64,000 bases of DNA from Anthoceros angustus (taxonomy: Eukaryota; Plantae; Anthocerotophyta), in NCBI GenBank assembly GCA_010909165.1, contig MU008161.1, positions 372,001 through 436,000 on the forward strand. The letters are read 5' to 3'. Below the pieces are notes generated by a model. It saw only the letters and a program-made list of their open reading frames with translations, had not been told where the DNA came from and did not search any database. Below are positions 12,850 through 26,600 of this stretch, one piece after another. Numbering within the stretch: the stretch's first letter is position 1; every line of letters begins with the position of its first letter. A program made the translations under genes and the position numbers.

Positions 12850-13203
12850 ACATCACCAAAATTCTCAACCCACTTTCACTTCAGCGCCCCTCTCCTCTCA
12901 GCTATCTCCTAGATCGCCTCTCAGACAGCCCTTTCATCTCCCTTTAGGTAGCCCCTTGTTCCCCTCTGAGGTAGCCTTTCGACCCTCGGAGTCTGTGAGG
13001 ATATTGTCTATGTAAGCTGAGCTACAAGGTGCCGAAAGTGTTTCAGATTCAAAATGGTGTACCCTCTAGGTACTCTTGGTCCTGTCACTCCAGTGCGGTG
13101 CAAGTTGTGTCCAGAAGTTTCCTTTCATTTTATTGGGTGCTACAGCACGTCTCAGATTACAACATGTTGTGCCCTAGTTTTAAGGCGACAAAAATGTTTC
13201 TCG

Positions 13204-15075
13204 CTATGAAGAAAAATCATGCGCAACAGCTTTATACACGGCAGCGAAATCTTCGTCACCAAGTCCTAAGCTCCTGGCCTTCTTGTACATCTGCACCCAT
13301 ACTGCGAATTTTTGTCAGCAATTTGAAGAATCACTTAGGAAATCTTGTCTGTGGACGAAGTGACATACCTCGTTAGCTGCAGCAGCTACTGGCATGGGCT
13401 GTGAAACTTGGTCACCGAGAGCGAGAGCAAGTCGCATGTCCTTCTGCTGATGCTTCAAAGGAAATGCTGGAGGGAATTTGCCTTGGACGACGCTAGGCCC
13501 CTTCAGCTTGAACATACCGTTAGACAATACTCCTATATCCTGCCAACATCAGCCCACGGACATGATCTACTAGGGTCAAGCATCCGCTCACCCAGAAAAG
13601 CAAACTGCACCAGCCAGCGGAGTCCGCTGACAGACGGAATCAGGTACACCGTTTTCATGCAGTCACTCGAGAATTGGCAGAGTTAAGTGTGCGCGCACCA
13701 GAGCATCAAGAAGGTCTTGTTGCTCAAGTCCAGCCTTCTGAGCGACCGCAAGTCCTTCCGAGAAAGCAGTCATCATACTGCAGCACCATGAGAAACTCGA
13801 TTCAATACTCGATGAGACATCAGTGGCAGTAGGTGAGAGGACAAACGGAATCGGTAAAAACGTTGAAAACCCTTGAGCTTGATCGTCCTGTACCTGCCCA
13901 TTATCAAGTTAATAACCAGCTTCATATTCGCTCCCCTGCCAACCTGCCCGAGGTAGAAAGCTTTCTTGGAAAGAGCCTTGAATGCCTGTGCGACGTCATC
14001 GAACAGAGACTGCACAACACGGCTGTGACTTAAGATACGGGTAAAGCAGGTAGCATAGGTCTTAATCGCAATAGCCATGGCATACCTTGTCTCCTGCAGC
14101 AAGTATGATAAGAGTGCCATCCTCCGCAGGTTTCTTACTGCCTGAAACAGGTGCTTCAAGAAACCGTCCACCCTTTTCGATGATGGCCTGGACATAACAG
14201 GTGCTGGCATCAAGTCAACACACAAGACCGCATTCATTCTGCTGCACATTCCCAGACGAGCACAAATGCGAACCTAGTCTGGATAGGGAATGGGTAGAAG
14301 CAGAAGGTTCCACAAGTGAAAGTCACTGCTTTGAACACTTCCTCTCCTGCAAAGTTCGATCAATCTGGATGGTACCAATGCTGTCTCATGACGGACTCAA
14401 TCAATGGGAGCCTTCAGACCGTGCATGGCCAAATAGCACAAGTCAAGAGCCAACCACAGACCCTTCAGCACCCGGCCCCCGGCAACATGGACAAACAGGA
14501 CTGACCTTGCTGATCTGAGAAGAGGTTGCAGCATCGATTGTGGACATATCCACGTACCCTTTTCCGGGTTCAATCGCCTCAACAACCCCACTTGGACCAA
14601 GAGCAACCTGTTCCAGCAGAGAGCAGGTTGAACAGCTGCAGGTCTTATGCTCCTAGTTGCTTGAATCCTCTTAACGAGGACAAGCTCAGAGCACCACGGA
14701 AGATAAGCTGGCAAGCCGAATGCGTACAGAGAGAGCAGCAGCAGGGTCTGCGAGCATAGCGAAAGTGACAGTGGCCCTTGTCACAACTTCAGCTGGGCTG
14801 GAGGCTACTGACGCGCCCTCGTTCGCAAGCTCCTCACACTGCACGATAAGTCCAAAGTTCAGCGAGTTTGGAGATGTGGTGGGTACACTCAATGCGAGCC
14901 TGCTCCACCCGAAATTGCAGCAAGAGAAGGCCCTCACTACCTTTGAGGAGTTTCTGTTCCAGACCACCACGCTGAGTCCAGCCCTGAGCAAGTTTCGAGC
15001 CATGGGGACGCCCATAATCCCCAGCCCAAGGAAGCCATACTCTAAGGAAGCCAAACCTTCGCCTGCGGGAGCCAT
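13204..15075 (-). CDS. GLYR1: Glyoxylate/succinic semialdehyde reductase 1 (cytosolic type). Exons 15075-14941, 14838-14728, 14607-14506, 14187-14086, 14009-13894, 13777-13699, 13539-13369, 13290-13204
   Basis: GFLGLGIMG Rossmann motif, [50 protein letters not shown] and [14 protein letters not shown]; GT-AG introns in phase; no transit peptide. Confidence 0.95.
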
Positions 15076-15694
15076 TCTCCAACGAAACTATCCCAACAAA
15101 GCAAGGTCACAAAAGTCACGACGTACTCCAGGCAAGACTAGGATTGCGTCCAATGCAGTTGTGTTTCAATTGAAACGTCTCTCAGCTCCTGATAAAAGGG
15201 GAGGCCCTCTACGAAACTACGAAACGTTAGGCACTATCGCTCGGCTCCGAACCGGAACCCCGAGCCAGTTTCTTGGGGACGCGCGTGCAGTCTTGAAAAT
15301 GTGAGAAGTGCAGATTTTTCTTGCTCGGGTCGGGGCCTAGCCCTAGCCTATTTCCCCAATAATTCACTCTTTCATTTTTCATGCTCACCTCGTGCGGGAA
15401 AAATCAAGTCTTCCTCATGCAACGACGGGCTTTCCAATGGTGTGCGCATTATTTGTATCCGCTTCACGCACAGCCACAAAGCATCTCGCAGCGGGAGCCA
15501 CAATTTTGCGGATTTCGTAGATTGCGGCCTTTGCCGAAGCGAATTCTGCATAGCTGCGTGGCATCGACATGCCACTCTATAGTCATCGCAACCAGCGGTG
15601 CATCTTCACTAAAATTCAGCACGTAAAGTCAACCTAGACCGAGTTCTGGCGGTCTGATCGCAAATTCCTCACAAACTTTGGTCGGTTGAAAGCA

Positions 15695-15767
15695 AACGTT
15701 TCATATCAGTCCATGGCCTATCATATCACTGCCCCGCCCTCTAGGCCATGGACTGATATGAAACGTT
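15695..15767. other. Perfect 26-bp inverted repeat with 21-nt loop (73-nt hairpin); also at 17818-17890 and 19988-20060
   Basis: AACGTTTCATATCAGTCCATGGCCTA ... TAGGCCATGGACTGATATGAAACGTT are exact reverse complements. Confidence 0.95.
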
Positions 15768-16217
15768 CCTGCCTTGCCGCTTGCGCGACGGGTGGCTGAT
15801 GTGCCAGAGCTTTGCGATGTTGCTGGAGGATGCGTGAAGGACATTCACCACCGTGATTAGCTGCGGATGATGTGGCTGGCTTGAAAATGTGCTGGACTCC
15901 TCCTACCTAGCTGCCTACTCTCAACTATATGATCATAAAACTCCCTGCCAGAAAGGGCAGTCTATGTTATAATCATTGTTGCAATTGTATGTTACACTTT
16001 CAGATAGCAACATGCTTTGGAGGTTTATTAAGTTTTCACTTTCTTTGTCATGTAGTGCCGCCATCTTAACACGAACCTAGCTCTCTCTCTTACCACCTCA
16101 CCCTCATAATTACACCCCTCTCTCACAAACATTGTCTATGATTTCTCACATGCACATCACCATTCTCAAATAGTTCTCCATCGTCACCACGATACAATCG
16201 GGCAATGTCACATCAAG

Positions 16218-17201
16218 CTTGTCTCCTGCAGCAAGTATGATAAGAGTGCCATCCTCCGCAGGTTTCTTACTGCCTGAAACAGGTGCTTCAAGAAACCGTC
16301 CACCCTTTTCGATGATGGCCTGGACATAACAGGTGCTGGCATCAAGTCAACACACAAGACCGCATTCATTCTGCTGCACATTCCCAGACGAGCACAAATG
16401 CGAACCTAGTCTGGATAGGGAATGGGTAGAAGCAGAAGGTTCCACAAGTGAAAGTCACTGCTTTGAACACTTCCTCTCCTGCAAAGTTCGATCAATCTGG
16501 ATGGTACCAATGCTGTCTCATGACGGACTCAATCAATGGGAGCCTTCAGACCGTGCATGGCCAAATAGCATGTCAAGTCAAGACCACAGACCCTTCAGCA
16601 CCCGGCCCCCGGCAACATGGACAAACAGGACTGACCTTGCTGATCTGAGAAGAGGTTGCAGCATCGATTGTGGACATATCCACGTACCCTTTTCCGGGTT
16701 CAATCGCCTCAACAACCCCACTTGGACCAAGAGCAACCTGTTCCAGCAGAGCAGGTTGAACAGCTGCAGGTCTTATGCTCCTAGTTGCTTGAATCCTCTT
16801 AACGAGGACAAGCTCAGAGCACCACGGAAGATAAGCTGGCAAGCCGAATGCGTACAGAGAGCAGCAGCAGGGTCTGCGAGCATAGCGAAAGTGACAGTGG
16901 CCCTTGTCACAACTTCAGCTGGGCTGGAGGCTACTGACGCGCCCTCGTTCGCAAGCTCCTCACACTGCACGATAAGTCCAAAGTTCAGCGAGTTTGGAGA
17001 TGTGGTGGGTACACTCAATGCGAGCCTGCTCCACCCGAAATTGCAGCAAGAGAAGGCCCTCACTACCTTTGAGGAGTTTCTGTTCCAGACCACCACGCTG
17101 AGTCCAGCCCTGAGCAAGTTTCGAGCCATGGGGACGCCCATAATCCCCAGCCCAAGGAAGCCATACTCTAAGGAAGCCAAACCTTCGCCTGCAGGAGCCA
17201 T
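16218..17201 (-). pseudogene. GLYR1: Truncated GLYR1 duplicate (exons 1-4 only); 2-bp deletion at the end of exon 2; exon 4 donor lost at the junction. A third fragment of about 11 codons lies at ~19342-19375
   Basis: ORF 16773..17201 repeats the GLYR1 N-terminus; the sequence ends at ...GGAGACAAG then runs into unrelated upstream DNA. Confidence 0.88.
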
Positions 17202-20200
17202 TCTCCAACGAAACTATCCCAACAAAGCAAGGTCACAAAAGTCACGACGTACTCCAGGCAAGACTAGGATTGCGTCCAATGCAGTTGTGTTTCAATTGAA
17301 ACGTCTCTCAGCTCCTGATAAAAGGAGGCCCTCTACGAAACTACGAAACGTTAGGCACTATCGCTCGGCTCCGAACCGGAACCCCGAGCCAGTTTCTTGG
17401 GGACGCGCGTGCAGTCTTGAAAATGTGAGAAGTGCAGATTTTTCTTGCTCGGGTCAGGGCCTAGCCTAGCCTATTTCCCCAATAATTCACTCTTTCATTT
17501 TCATGCTCACCTCGTGCGGGAAAAATCAAGTCTTCCTCATGCAACGACGGGCTTTCCAATGGTGTGCGCATTATTTGTATCCGCTTCACGCACAGCCACA
17601 AAGCATCTCGCAGCGGGAGCCACAATTTTGCGGATTTCGTAGATTGCGGCCTTTGCCGAAGCGAATTCTGCATAGCTGCGTGGCATCGACATGCCACTCT
17701 ATAGTCATCGCAACCAGCGGTGCATCTTCACTAAAATTCAGCACGTAAAAGTCAACCTAGACCGAGTTCTGGCGGTCTGATCGCAAATTCCTCACAAACT
17801 TTGGTCGGTTGAAAGCAAACGTTTCATATCAGTCCATGGCCTATCATATCACTGCCCCGCCCTCTAGGCCATGGACTGATATGAAACGTTCCCGCCTTGC
17901 CCGCTTGCGCGACGGGTGGCTGATGTGCCAGAGCTTTGCGATGTTGCTGGAGGATGCGTGAAGGGACATTCACCACCGTGATTAGCTGCGGATGATGTGG
18001 CTGGCTTGAAATGTGCTGGACTCCTCCTACCTAGCTGCCTACTCTCAACTATATGATCATAAAACTCCCCTGCCAGAAAGGGCAGTCTATGTTATAATCA
18101 TTGTTGCAATTGTATGTTACACTTTCAGATAGCAACATGCTTTGGAGGTTTATTAAGTTTTTCACTTTCTTTGTCATGTAGTGCCGCCATCTTAACACGA
18201 ACCTAGCTCTCTCTCTTACCACCTCACCCTCATAATTACACCTCTCTCACAAACATTGTCTATGATTTCTCACATGCACATCACCATTCTCAAATAGTTC
18301 TCCATCGTCACCACGATACAATCGGGCAATGTCACATCAAGCTTTAGAGAATCATTAGTGAACACGCCGAGGACACCATTCTCAAATAGTTCTCCATCGT
18401 CACCACGATACAATCGGGCAATGTCACATCAAGCTTTAGAGAATGTCATCATTAGTGAACACGCCAGGGACAAAGGCGTTGGACTGTGGTAAACATAGAA
18501 AATAAACACTATTTCTGTAAACAACAAGTCCTGGTTCTTGAGGACCTCAAATCGGCACACGGCCATTCCAGAGGCTCTCATCTTAATCGCTCATTCACCA
18601 TCCGCGATTGGATCCCACGACGTTTCCTCCATACTTCGTTCGAATCCTATTGAGATTGAGAGATGTCTTAGCCTCGAAGCATGCAATGGCAATTGGTCAA
18701 CCCTAAAACCTAGAGGCACTAGGTTTATAGAGTCGACTCCCGCCCGTATTTGGTCGCTCTTTGTCTCTTTGTTGTGGACGCTCCCGCTGCCGCTGCACTG
18801 GGATGGCGGCCTGGGCAATCTCAATTGCCTTGTGCACAACAGCACATATCGGCGGACGGCGGCGCAATGCTTGTCAAGAGGACTTCAGGCATTAGAGGGT
18901 TTCATTGCTGCGGAGCTCGATGCGGCATGGATGTGGAGCAGTAGCTGCCTGTATGTGGGTCCATCTTGTTCGATAATGCTGTTCAAGTAGACTGTGAGGA
19001 ATGAGGTGAGCGAAGGATTATCGAAAGTTTGCTGTCATTTTTGGAATTTAAGGACTTTGACTAACTATACTGGTAGAAAAAGTCGTACATTGTGAGGGGA
19101 GGAAGGCAGCTGTTTGAGCTGTTCTTCAAGACATTCGAGGCAAATGAGATTATTCAAGGCCTGCAAGTCACTCCGACCCCAATTACTTCGATTCCCCTCA
19201 AATGTCCCCTAGAATGGGGTCGTGTGGCTGCTAGCTAGATTGGGAAATTGGGTTGGGTTGAGTGCCGCTTACAAGCATGGACGCAATTCGACATGCATGG
19301 ATGTGGTTGCAAGCTGGTTGCGGTGGACTAGCACAAGTGCTAGGAAGCCAAACCTTCGCCTGCAGGAGCCATTCTCCAACGAAACTATCCCAACAAAGCA
19401 AGGTCACAAAAGTCACGTACTCCAGGCAAGACTAGGATTGCGTCCAATGCAGTTGTGTTTCAATTGAAACGTCTCTCAGCTCCTGATAAAAGGGAGGCCC
19501 TCTACGAAACTACGAAACGTTAGGCACTATCGCTCGGCTCCGAACCGGAACCCGAGCCAGTTTCTTGGGGACGCGCGTGCAGTCTTGAAAATGAGAAGTG
19601 CAGATTTTTTTCTTGCTCGGGTCAGGGCCTAGCCCTAGCCTATTTCCCCAATAATTCACTCTTTCATTTTTCATGCTCACCTCGTGCGGGAAAAATCAAG
19701 TCTTCCTCATGCAACGACGGGCTTTCCAATGGTGTGCGCATTATTTGTATCCGCTTCACGCACAGCCACAAAGCATCTCGCAGCGGGAGCCACAATTTTG
19801 CGGATTTCGTAGATTGCGGCCTTTGCCGAAGCGAATTCTGCATAGCTGCGTGGCATCGACATGCCACTCTATAGTCATCGCAACCAGCGGTGCATCTTCA
19901 CTAAAATTCAGCACGTAAAAGTCAACCTAGACCGAGTTCTGGCGGTCTGATCGCAAATTCCTCACAAACTTTGGTCGGTTGAAAGCAAACGTTTCATATC
20001 AGTCCATGGCCTATCATATCACTGCCCCGCCCTCTAGGCCATGGACTGATATGAAACGTTCCCCGCTTGCGCGACGGGTGGCTGATGTGCCAGAGCTTTG
20101 CGATGTTGCTGGAGGATGCGTGAAGGGACATTCACCACCGTGATTAGCTGCGGATGATGTGGCTGGCTTGAAATGTGCTGGACTCCTCCTACCTAGCTGC

Positions 20201-20446
20201 CTACTCTCAACTATATGATCATAAAACTCCCCTGCCAGAAAGGGCAGTCTATGTTATAATCATTGTTGCAATTGTATGTTACACTTTCAGATAGCAACAT
20301 GCTTTGGAGGTTTATTAAGTTTTTCACTTTCTTTGTCATGTAGTGCCGCCATCTTAACACGAACCTAGCTCTCTCTCTTACCACCTCACCCTCATAATTA
20401 CACCCCCTCTCTCACAAACATTGTCTATGATTTCTCACATGCACAT

Positions 20447-20640
20447 CACCATTCTCAAATAGTTCTCCATCGTCACCACGATACAATCGGGCAATGTCAC
20501 ATCAAGCTTTAGAGAATGTCATCATTAGTGAACACGCCAGGGACACCATTCTCAAATAGTTCTCCATCGTCACCACGATACAATCGGGCAATGTCACATC
20601 AAGCTTTAGAGAATGTCATCATTAGTGAACACGCCAGGGA
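20447..20640. repeat. Two tandem 97-bp units (CACCATTCTCAAATAG...CACGCCAGGGA); also in the copies at ~18283-18470 and ~22815-22997
   Basis: Direct reading; unit starts at 20447 and 20544. Confidence 0.9.
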
Positions 20641-23600
20641 CAAAGGCGTTGGACTGTGGTAAACATAGAAAATAAACACTATTTCTGTAAACAACAAGTC
20701 CTGGTTCTTGAGGACCTCAAATCGGCACACGGCCATTCCGAGGCTCTCATCTTAATCGCTCATTCACCATCCGCGATTGGATCCCACGGCGTTCCTCCAT
20801 ACTTCGTTCGAATCCTATTGAGATTGAGAGATGTCTTAGCCTCAAGCATGCAATGGCAATTGGTCAACCCTAAAACCTAGAGGCACTAGGTTTATAGAGT
20901 CGACTCCCGCCCGTATTTGGTCGCTCTTTGTCTCTTTGTTGTGGACGCTCAGCATTTACATGGGATGGCGGCTGGGCAATCTCAATTGCCTTGTGCACTG
21001 CACAGTATCGGGACGGCGCAATGCTTGTCAAGAGGACTTGAGGCATTAGAGGGTTTCATTCTTTGCGGAGCTCGATGCGGCATGGATGTGGAGCGAGTCA
21101 GATGTGGGTCCATCTTGTTCGATAATGCTGTTCAAGTAGACTGTGAGGAATGAGGTGAGCGAAGGATTATCAGTTTCTCATTTTTGGAATTTAAGGACTT
21201 TGACTAACTATACTGGTAGAAAAAGTCGTACATTGTGAGGGGAGGAAGGCAGCTGTTTGAGCTGTTCTTCAAGACATTCGAGGCAAATGAGATTATTCAA
21301 GGCCTGCAAGTCACTCCGACCCCAATTACTTCGATTCCCCTCAAATGTCCCCTAGAATGGGGTCGTGTGGCTGCTAGCTAGATTGGGAAATTGGGTTGGG
21401 TTGAGTGCTGCTTACAAGCATGGACGCAATTGCTGACATGCATGGATGTGGTTGCAACTGCGTGTTGCAGGGACTAGCACAAGTGCTAGCTCAGATTTGT
21501 CACCCTAGCTGATGCCAAGTCGGATACTATTGTCATGGTAGGATGTACCAGGGGAGTTTTAGTGAGGTTGGCAATCTGCCTCCACGAAGGGATGTGTTTC
21601 CTCCATCCTTGGTTCGCATCACATGGAGATTGAGAGACGTCTCAGCCTCGGAGCATGCAATGGCGCTTGTCAGCCTTAAAACCTAGAAGTCACTAGTTTT
21701 GTGGAGCCGAATCCTGCCCGTTTCCAGTCACTTCTACAATATATTAGGGTTTGTCACACACTATGAAAGTGTGACATCCACAGCTTCTTGCGTGATAATG
21801 GTATTCCTTAACTCGTGTTGGTGAGTAAACCATGAGTCTTTAACCCTAATTACATGGACCCTTGTTTTGTATTGATCAGATGTATATCATGATTCGTGAT
21901 GGATACATCTGATTGGTGATGGTAAAATGTTGGGCCCACTTGAAGTGGTCTTTTTTTTTTGTATTGGCCGGGTCCATAATTAGCACCGGGTCTGTAGGTG
22001 GGGTCCCTCTAGAATCGAAAGTAAGCATTGAACCTTGGATTTCTTTTGCACGAGGTGCAAGACGCTCCGATCACTATCTTAAACCCGAGTTCCCGCCTAT
22101 GTACTTAAACATTAAATGCTTACTTACTTATGATATTTCATGTTAGAAATGGAATCCAACTTGGGACGAGTCATTCGTTAAACCATTTCACCATCTCACA
22201 TGTGTGATGACTTTGGTGTAAATTTAATATTTAAACATCATTACTCACGGTGACACATTCTGCACCACCTCCTACCTGCCCTCAACTCTCCCATGTATGT
22301 GCTACAAGGAGACGCGTGCACGGTTTCTCCTTTGTACACGTCGCTGCTCACACAGCGCTTCACTGGAAGGCTCCATTTCCGGGGCGATGATGAATACATG
22401 CACAAAGGATGGGATTTCTGCCCGCATACTCAACTGTGGGATCTAGAATTTATAATAATTGCCTAGCTTGAGATTTACTTGGGCGAGCTATAAGGAGTTG
22501 ATGGGATGGTAGAATTGCAGAGATGGAGGCCGGGATAAGGCTACCCTGCGTGTGGGGAGCGCAGAAGTGGCGATGGCAGCGGATGCAAAATGGATCTTCC
22601 AAGAAGGGACCTTCTGAGAATGAACCTCTTAAAATGGACCTTCCAAGAATGAACCCACAAAATGAAGCTTCATCTTCCTTGGAAAGGTAGGTCGTTGCCT
22701 TGTTTGTGGATAGAAATGCATGTTGGTGACAAACTCTCAAATTCTTGTGACCAATTTGTGGACTAGTTTTGTTGAAGGCACAAACATTGTCTATGATTTC
22801 TCACATGCACATCACCATTCTCAAATAGTTCTCCATCGTCACCACGATACAATCGGGCAATGTCACATCAAGCTTTAGAGAATGTCATCATTAGTGAACA
22901 CGAGGACACCATTCTCAAATAGTTCTCCATCGTCACCACGATACAATCGGGCAACATCAAGCTTTAGAGAATGTCATCATTAGTGAACACGCCGGGACAA
23001 AGCGTTGGGTGTGGTAAACATAGAAAATAAACACTATTTACATAAACAACAAGTCCACGGTTCTTGAGGACCTCAAATCGGCACGGCCATTCCGAGGCTC
23101 TCATCTTAATCGCTCATTCACCATCCGCGATTGGATCCCACGTTTCCTCCATACTTCGTTCGAATCCTATTGAGATTGAGAGATGTCTTAGCCTCGAGCA
23201 TGCAATGGCAATTGGTCAACCCTAAAACCTAGAGGCACTAGGTTTATAGAGTCGACTCACTTGGTATTTGGTCTCTTTGTCTCTTTGTTGTGGACGCGCT
23301 CAGCTGCACCTGGGATGGCGGCTGGGCAATCTCAATTGTGCTGTCACTGTCAGGCGGACGGCGGCGCAATGCTTGTCAAGAGGACTTGAGGCATTAGAGG
23401 GTTTCATTCTGCGGAGCTCGATGCGGCATGGATGTGGAGGCGATGGTGTATGTGGGTCCATCTTGTTCGATAATCTTCAAGTAGACTGAGGAATGAGGTG
23501 AGCGAAGGATTATCAGTTTGCTCATTTTGGAATTTAAGGACTTTGACTAACTGGTAGAAAAAGTCGACATTGTGAGGAGTTTGAGCATTCTTCAAGACAT

Positions 23601-26600
23601 TCGAGGCAAATGAGATTATTCAAGGCTGCAAGTCACTCGACCCCAATTACTTGATTCCTCAAATGTCCCTAGAATGGGGTCGTGTGGGCTAGCTAGATTG
23701 GGAAATTGGGTTGGGTTGAGTCTGCCTGGCATGGGCCGCAATTCGACATGCATGGATGTGGTTGCAAGCTGCGTGTTGCGGGGACTAGCACAAGTGCTAG
23801 CTCAGTTTGTCACCCCTAGGCGATGCCAAGTCGGATACTATTGTCATGGTAGGATGTACGGGGAGTTTTAGTGAGGTTGGCAATCTGCCTCCACGGGATG
23901 TGTTTCCTCCATCCTTGGTTGCATCACATGGAGATTGAGAGACGTCTGCCACCGGAGCATGCAATGGCGCTTTCGATAAAAACCTAGAAGTCACTAGTTT
24001 TGTGGAGCCGAATCACTGCTTCAAATCACTTCAATATATTAGGGTTTGTCACACACTGAAAGTGTGACATCCCACTTCTTGCGTGATAATGGTATTCCTT
24101 AACTCGTGTTGGTGAGTAAACCATGAGTCTTTAACCCTAATTACATGGACCCTTGTTTTGTATTGATCGGATGTATATCATGATTCGTGATGGATACATC
24201 CGATTGGTGATGGTAAAATGTTGGGCCCACTTGAAGTGGTCTTTTTTTTTTGTATTGGCGGGTCCATAATGTAGCATGGGTGGGGTCCCTCTAGAATCAG
24301 TAAGCATTGAACCTTGATTTCTTTTGCGAGGTGCAAGGCCTCCGATCACTATCTTAAACCCGAGTTCCATCTATGTACTTAAACATTAAATGCTTACTTA
24401 CTTATGATATTTCATGTTAGAAATGGAATCCAACTTGGGACGAGTCATTCGTTAAACCATTTCACCATCTCACATGTGTGATGACTTTGGTGTAAATTTA
24501 ATATTTAAACATCATTACTCACGGTGACACATTACGCACTCCTACACGCCTCAACTCTCCCATGTATGTGCTACAAGGAGGCGTGCACGGTTTCTCCTTT
24601 GTACACGCGGCTGCTCGCTACTTCGAAGGCTCCATTTCCGGGGCGATGATGAATACATGCACAAAGGATGGGATTTCTGCCCGCATACTCAACTGTGGGA
24701 TCTAGAATTTATAATAATTGCCTAGCTTGAGATTTACTTGGGCGAGCTATAAGGAGTTGATGGGATGGTAGAATTGCGAGATGGAGGCGGGATAAGGCTA
24801 CCCTGCGTGTGGGGAGCGCAGAAGTGGCGATGGCAGCGGATGCAAAATGGATCTTCCAAGAAGGGACCTTCTGAGAATGAACCTCTTAAAATGGACCTTC
24901 CAAGAATGAACCCACAAAATGAAGCTTCATCTTCCTTGGAAAGGTAGGTACGTTGCCTTGTTTGTGGATAGAAATGCATATTTGGTGACAAACTCTCAAA
25001 TTCTTGTGACCAATTTGTGGACTAGTTTTGTTGAAGGTAGTGGATGATCAACTTTATCTATGGAGTTTTAAGTTGGTTTGCCTGCCATGTCTGAAGGTAC
25101 TCCTAGCTACCCTGGGGAAAGGTTTTGTTCGATGTGGAAATGGTTTGGTTCGATGTTGGGAGTGGTTCGATTCGATTTGGGGAGTGGAGGTTCTGTGATG
25201 ACTATCTTGGCATGAAAATTCACTTTGGTGCAGGCAGGGAATGACTTAAAGTCCTCTTGGCACAATTTCCCTCTTGGAGAGGGATTCAAGTGAAGCTTTG
25301 TAGTGCACTAGGTCTTATTTTTTCCACTTTATGAAATTTCATTTCTTCCTTTCGCCACAATTCAACATGTAGTTGATTGTGGGAGAAGTATTAGTAGGTT
25401 GTTGAAGGTAAAAAGGTAGGACAGTGTTTCACGAGTGAGGTCCACCCTTTTAACATAACTAATGGAGATCAATAGGTAATATTTTATTATAATAATTTAT
25501 ATATATATAGTTAATAAGATCTATATGGTGGTTGATGATTAGTCCAGCATGACATGAAGTTTGTATAAACTTTTATGATGTATTTCAAGATGATTTTGAA
25601 TAATCCAAAATATTATTTTGGATTCGTTCAAATGAAGTTTAGAACTAAAACTTTACATTGAACCCTTATCCAGAGTTCAATGCAAAGCGATGAAACTCCT
25701 TATGGAATTAGTGAAAGTTTATATGGACTTCAGCGATAAGAGGACTATTGTAATAGATCTTGTATGCGAGTTGCTGTGAATAACATATTAGGTAAGTCTA
25801 ATCTATATTTATATTATTTTTATTTATAAATATTGATATAAAATTAATAGTTTTTTATTTAGAATAGTACAAAGTGCGAGCTATTTTGAATGAGGTCTTC
25901 GTTTTGTATAAAGGATCAAAGTAGAATTTGAAACACATGTTGTCGGCTCCAATTTGCGGGAGGGCTTACGAATGAATGTATATTGGAAAGTCAAATTTGA
26001 AGGAATGCAAAACTGAATGAGCAGCAGGGCTTAGAGCTGATTGCGCATAAACTGCAGGTCGAATGCTAGGTACTTTGCAAGTATCACTATCAACAGGATA
26101 TGGAAGGTGAATTTTTTATAATTTCATTAGAAGTGATCAGTCCCCTGTTGGCTAGGACTTACAAATATATGGTGGAGTTGGTCCTCAACATCATGTCATT
26201 AATGTCTAATAAAATTTTGCAACAGATATTAAAGATGAACTGCGTCATGCATTTGTAAGCCCTAGCTAATGGGGAGTGACCACATCTGACATAAATTGAT
26301 AGAATTCAAGAAAAACATGGTAAGATTTTTTTCCATAGAAAGACAAAAAAAACTTGGTTAGAGATGATTTGGATAATTTTTCTTTCAAATGGTTGGTTGT
26401 CTATGATGGTAAACTAAAGCTAATCCATGTGCCTGGTGTGGTGACATGTAGAGCACCAAGATCGTTTAAATAGGCTTGAAGTAAGGTTGTAGAGCGAGTT
26501 GTTTAACCCTACTTTGCACCTATCGAAGATCTTGCGGCATAGTGATTGCCATATATTCGACTTATTGTTTTAAAACTTGTATTTCAAGCGCTTCTCTTTC

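Larger units (their letters stand above)
14086..25037. repeat. Four staggered overlapping tandem copies covering the GLYR1 5' half, promoter and upstream TE-like DNA (copies ~14086-16220, 16218-19343, 19342-22778, 22779-25037)
   Basis: Junction 16218-16220 CTT restarts at 14086; junction 19342-19343 AG restarts at the equivalent of 15045; junction 22778/22779 restarts at the equivalent of 20413. Repeated ORF translations occur at 15372/17461/19664. Confidence 0.92.

Noticed and set aside
18630-18650. GTTCGAATCC as a tRNA/SINE B-box
   Set aside because: No A-box at the right spacing and no cloverleaf.
20780-21720. Diverged ~140-bp direct repeats ~800 bp apart as TRIM LTRs
   Set aside because: No TG...CA ends, PBS, PPT or TSD identified.
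25400-26400. AT-rich exon-like blocks with GT donors
   Set aside because: Many stop codons in every frame and no recognisable domain; probably a decayed TE gene.
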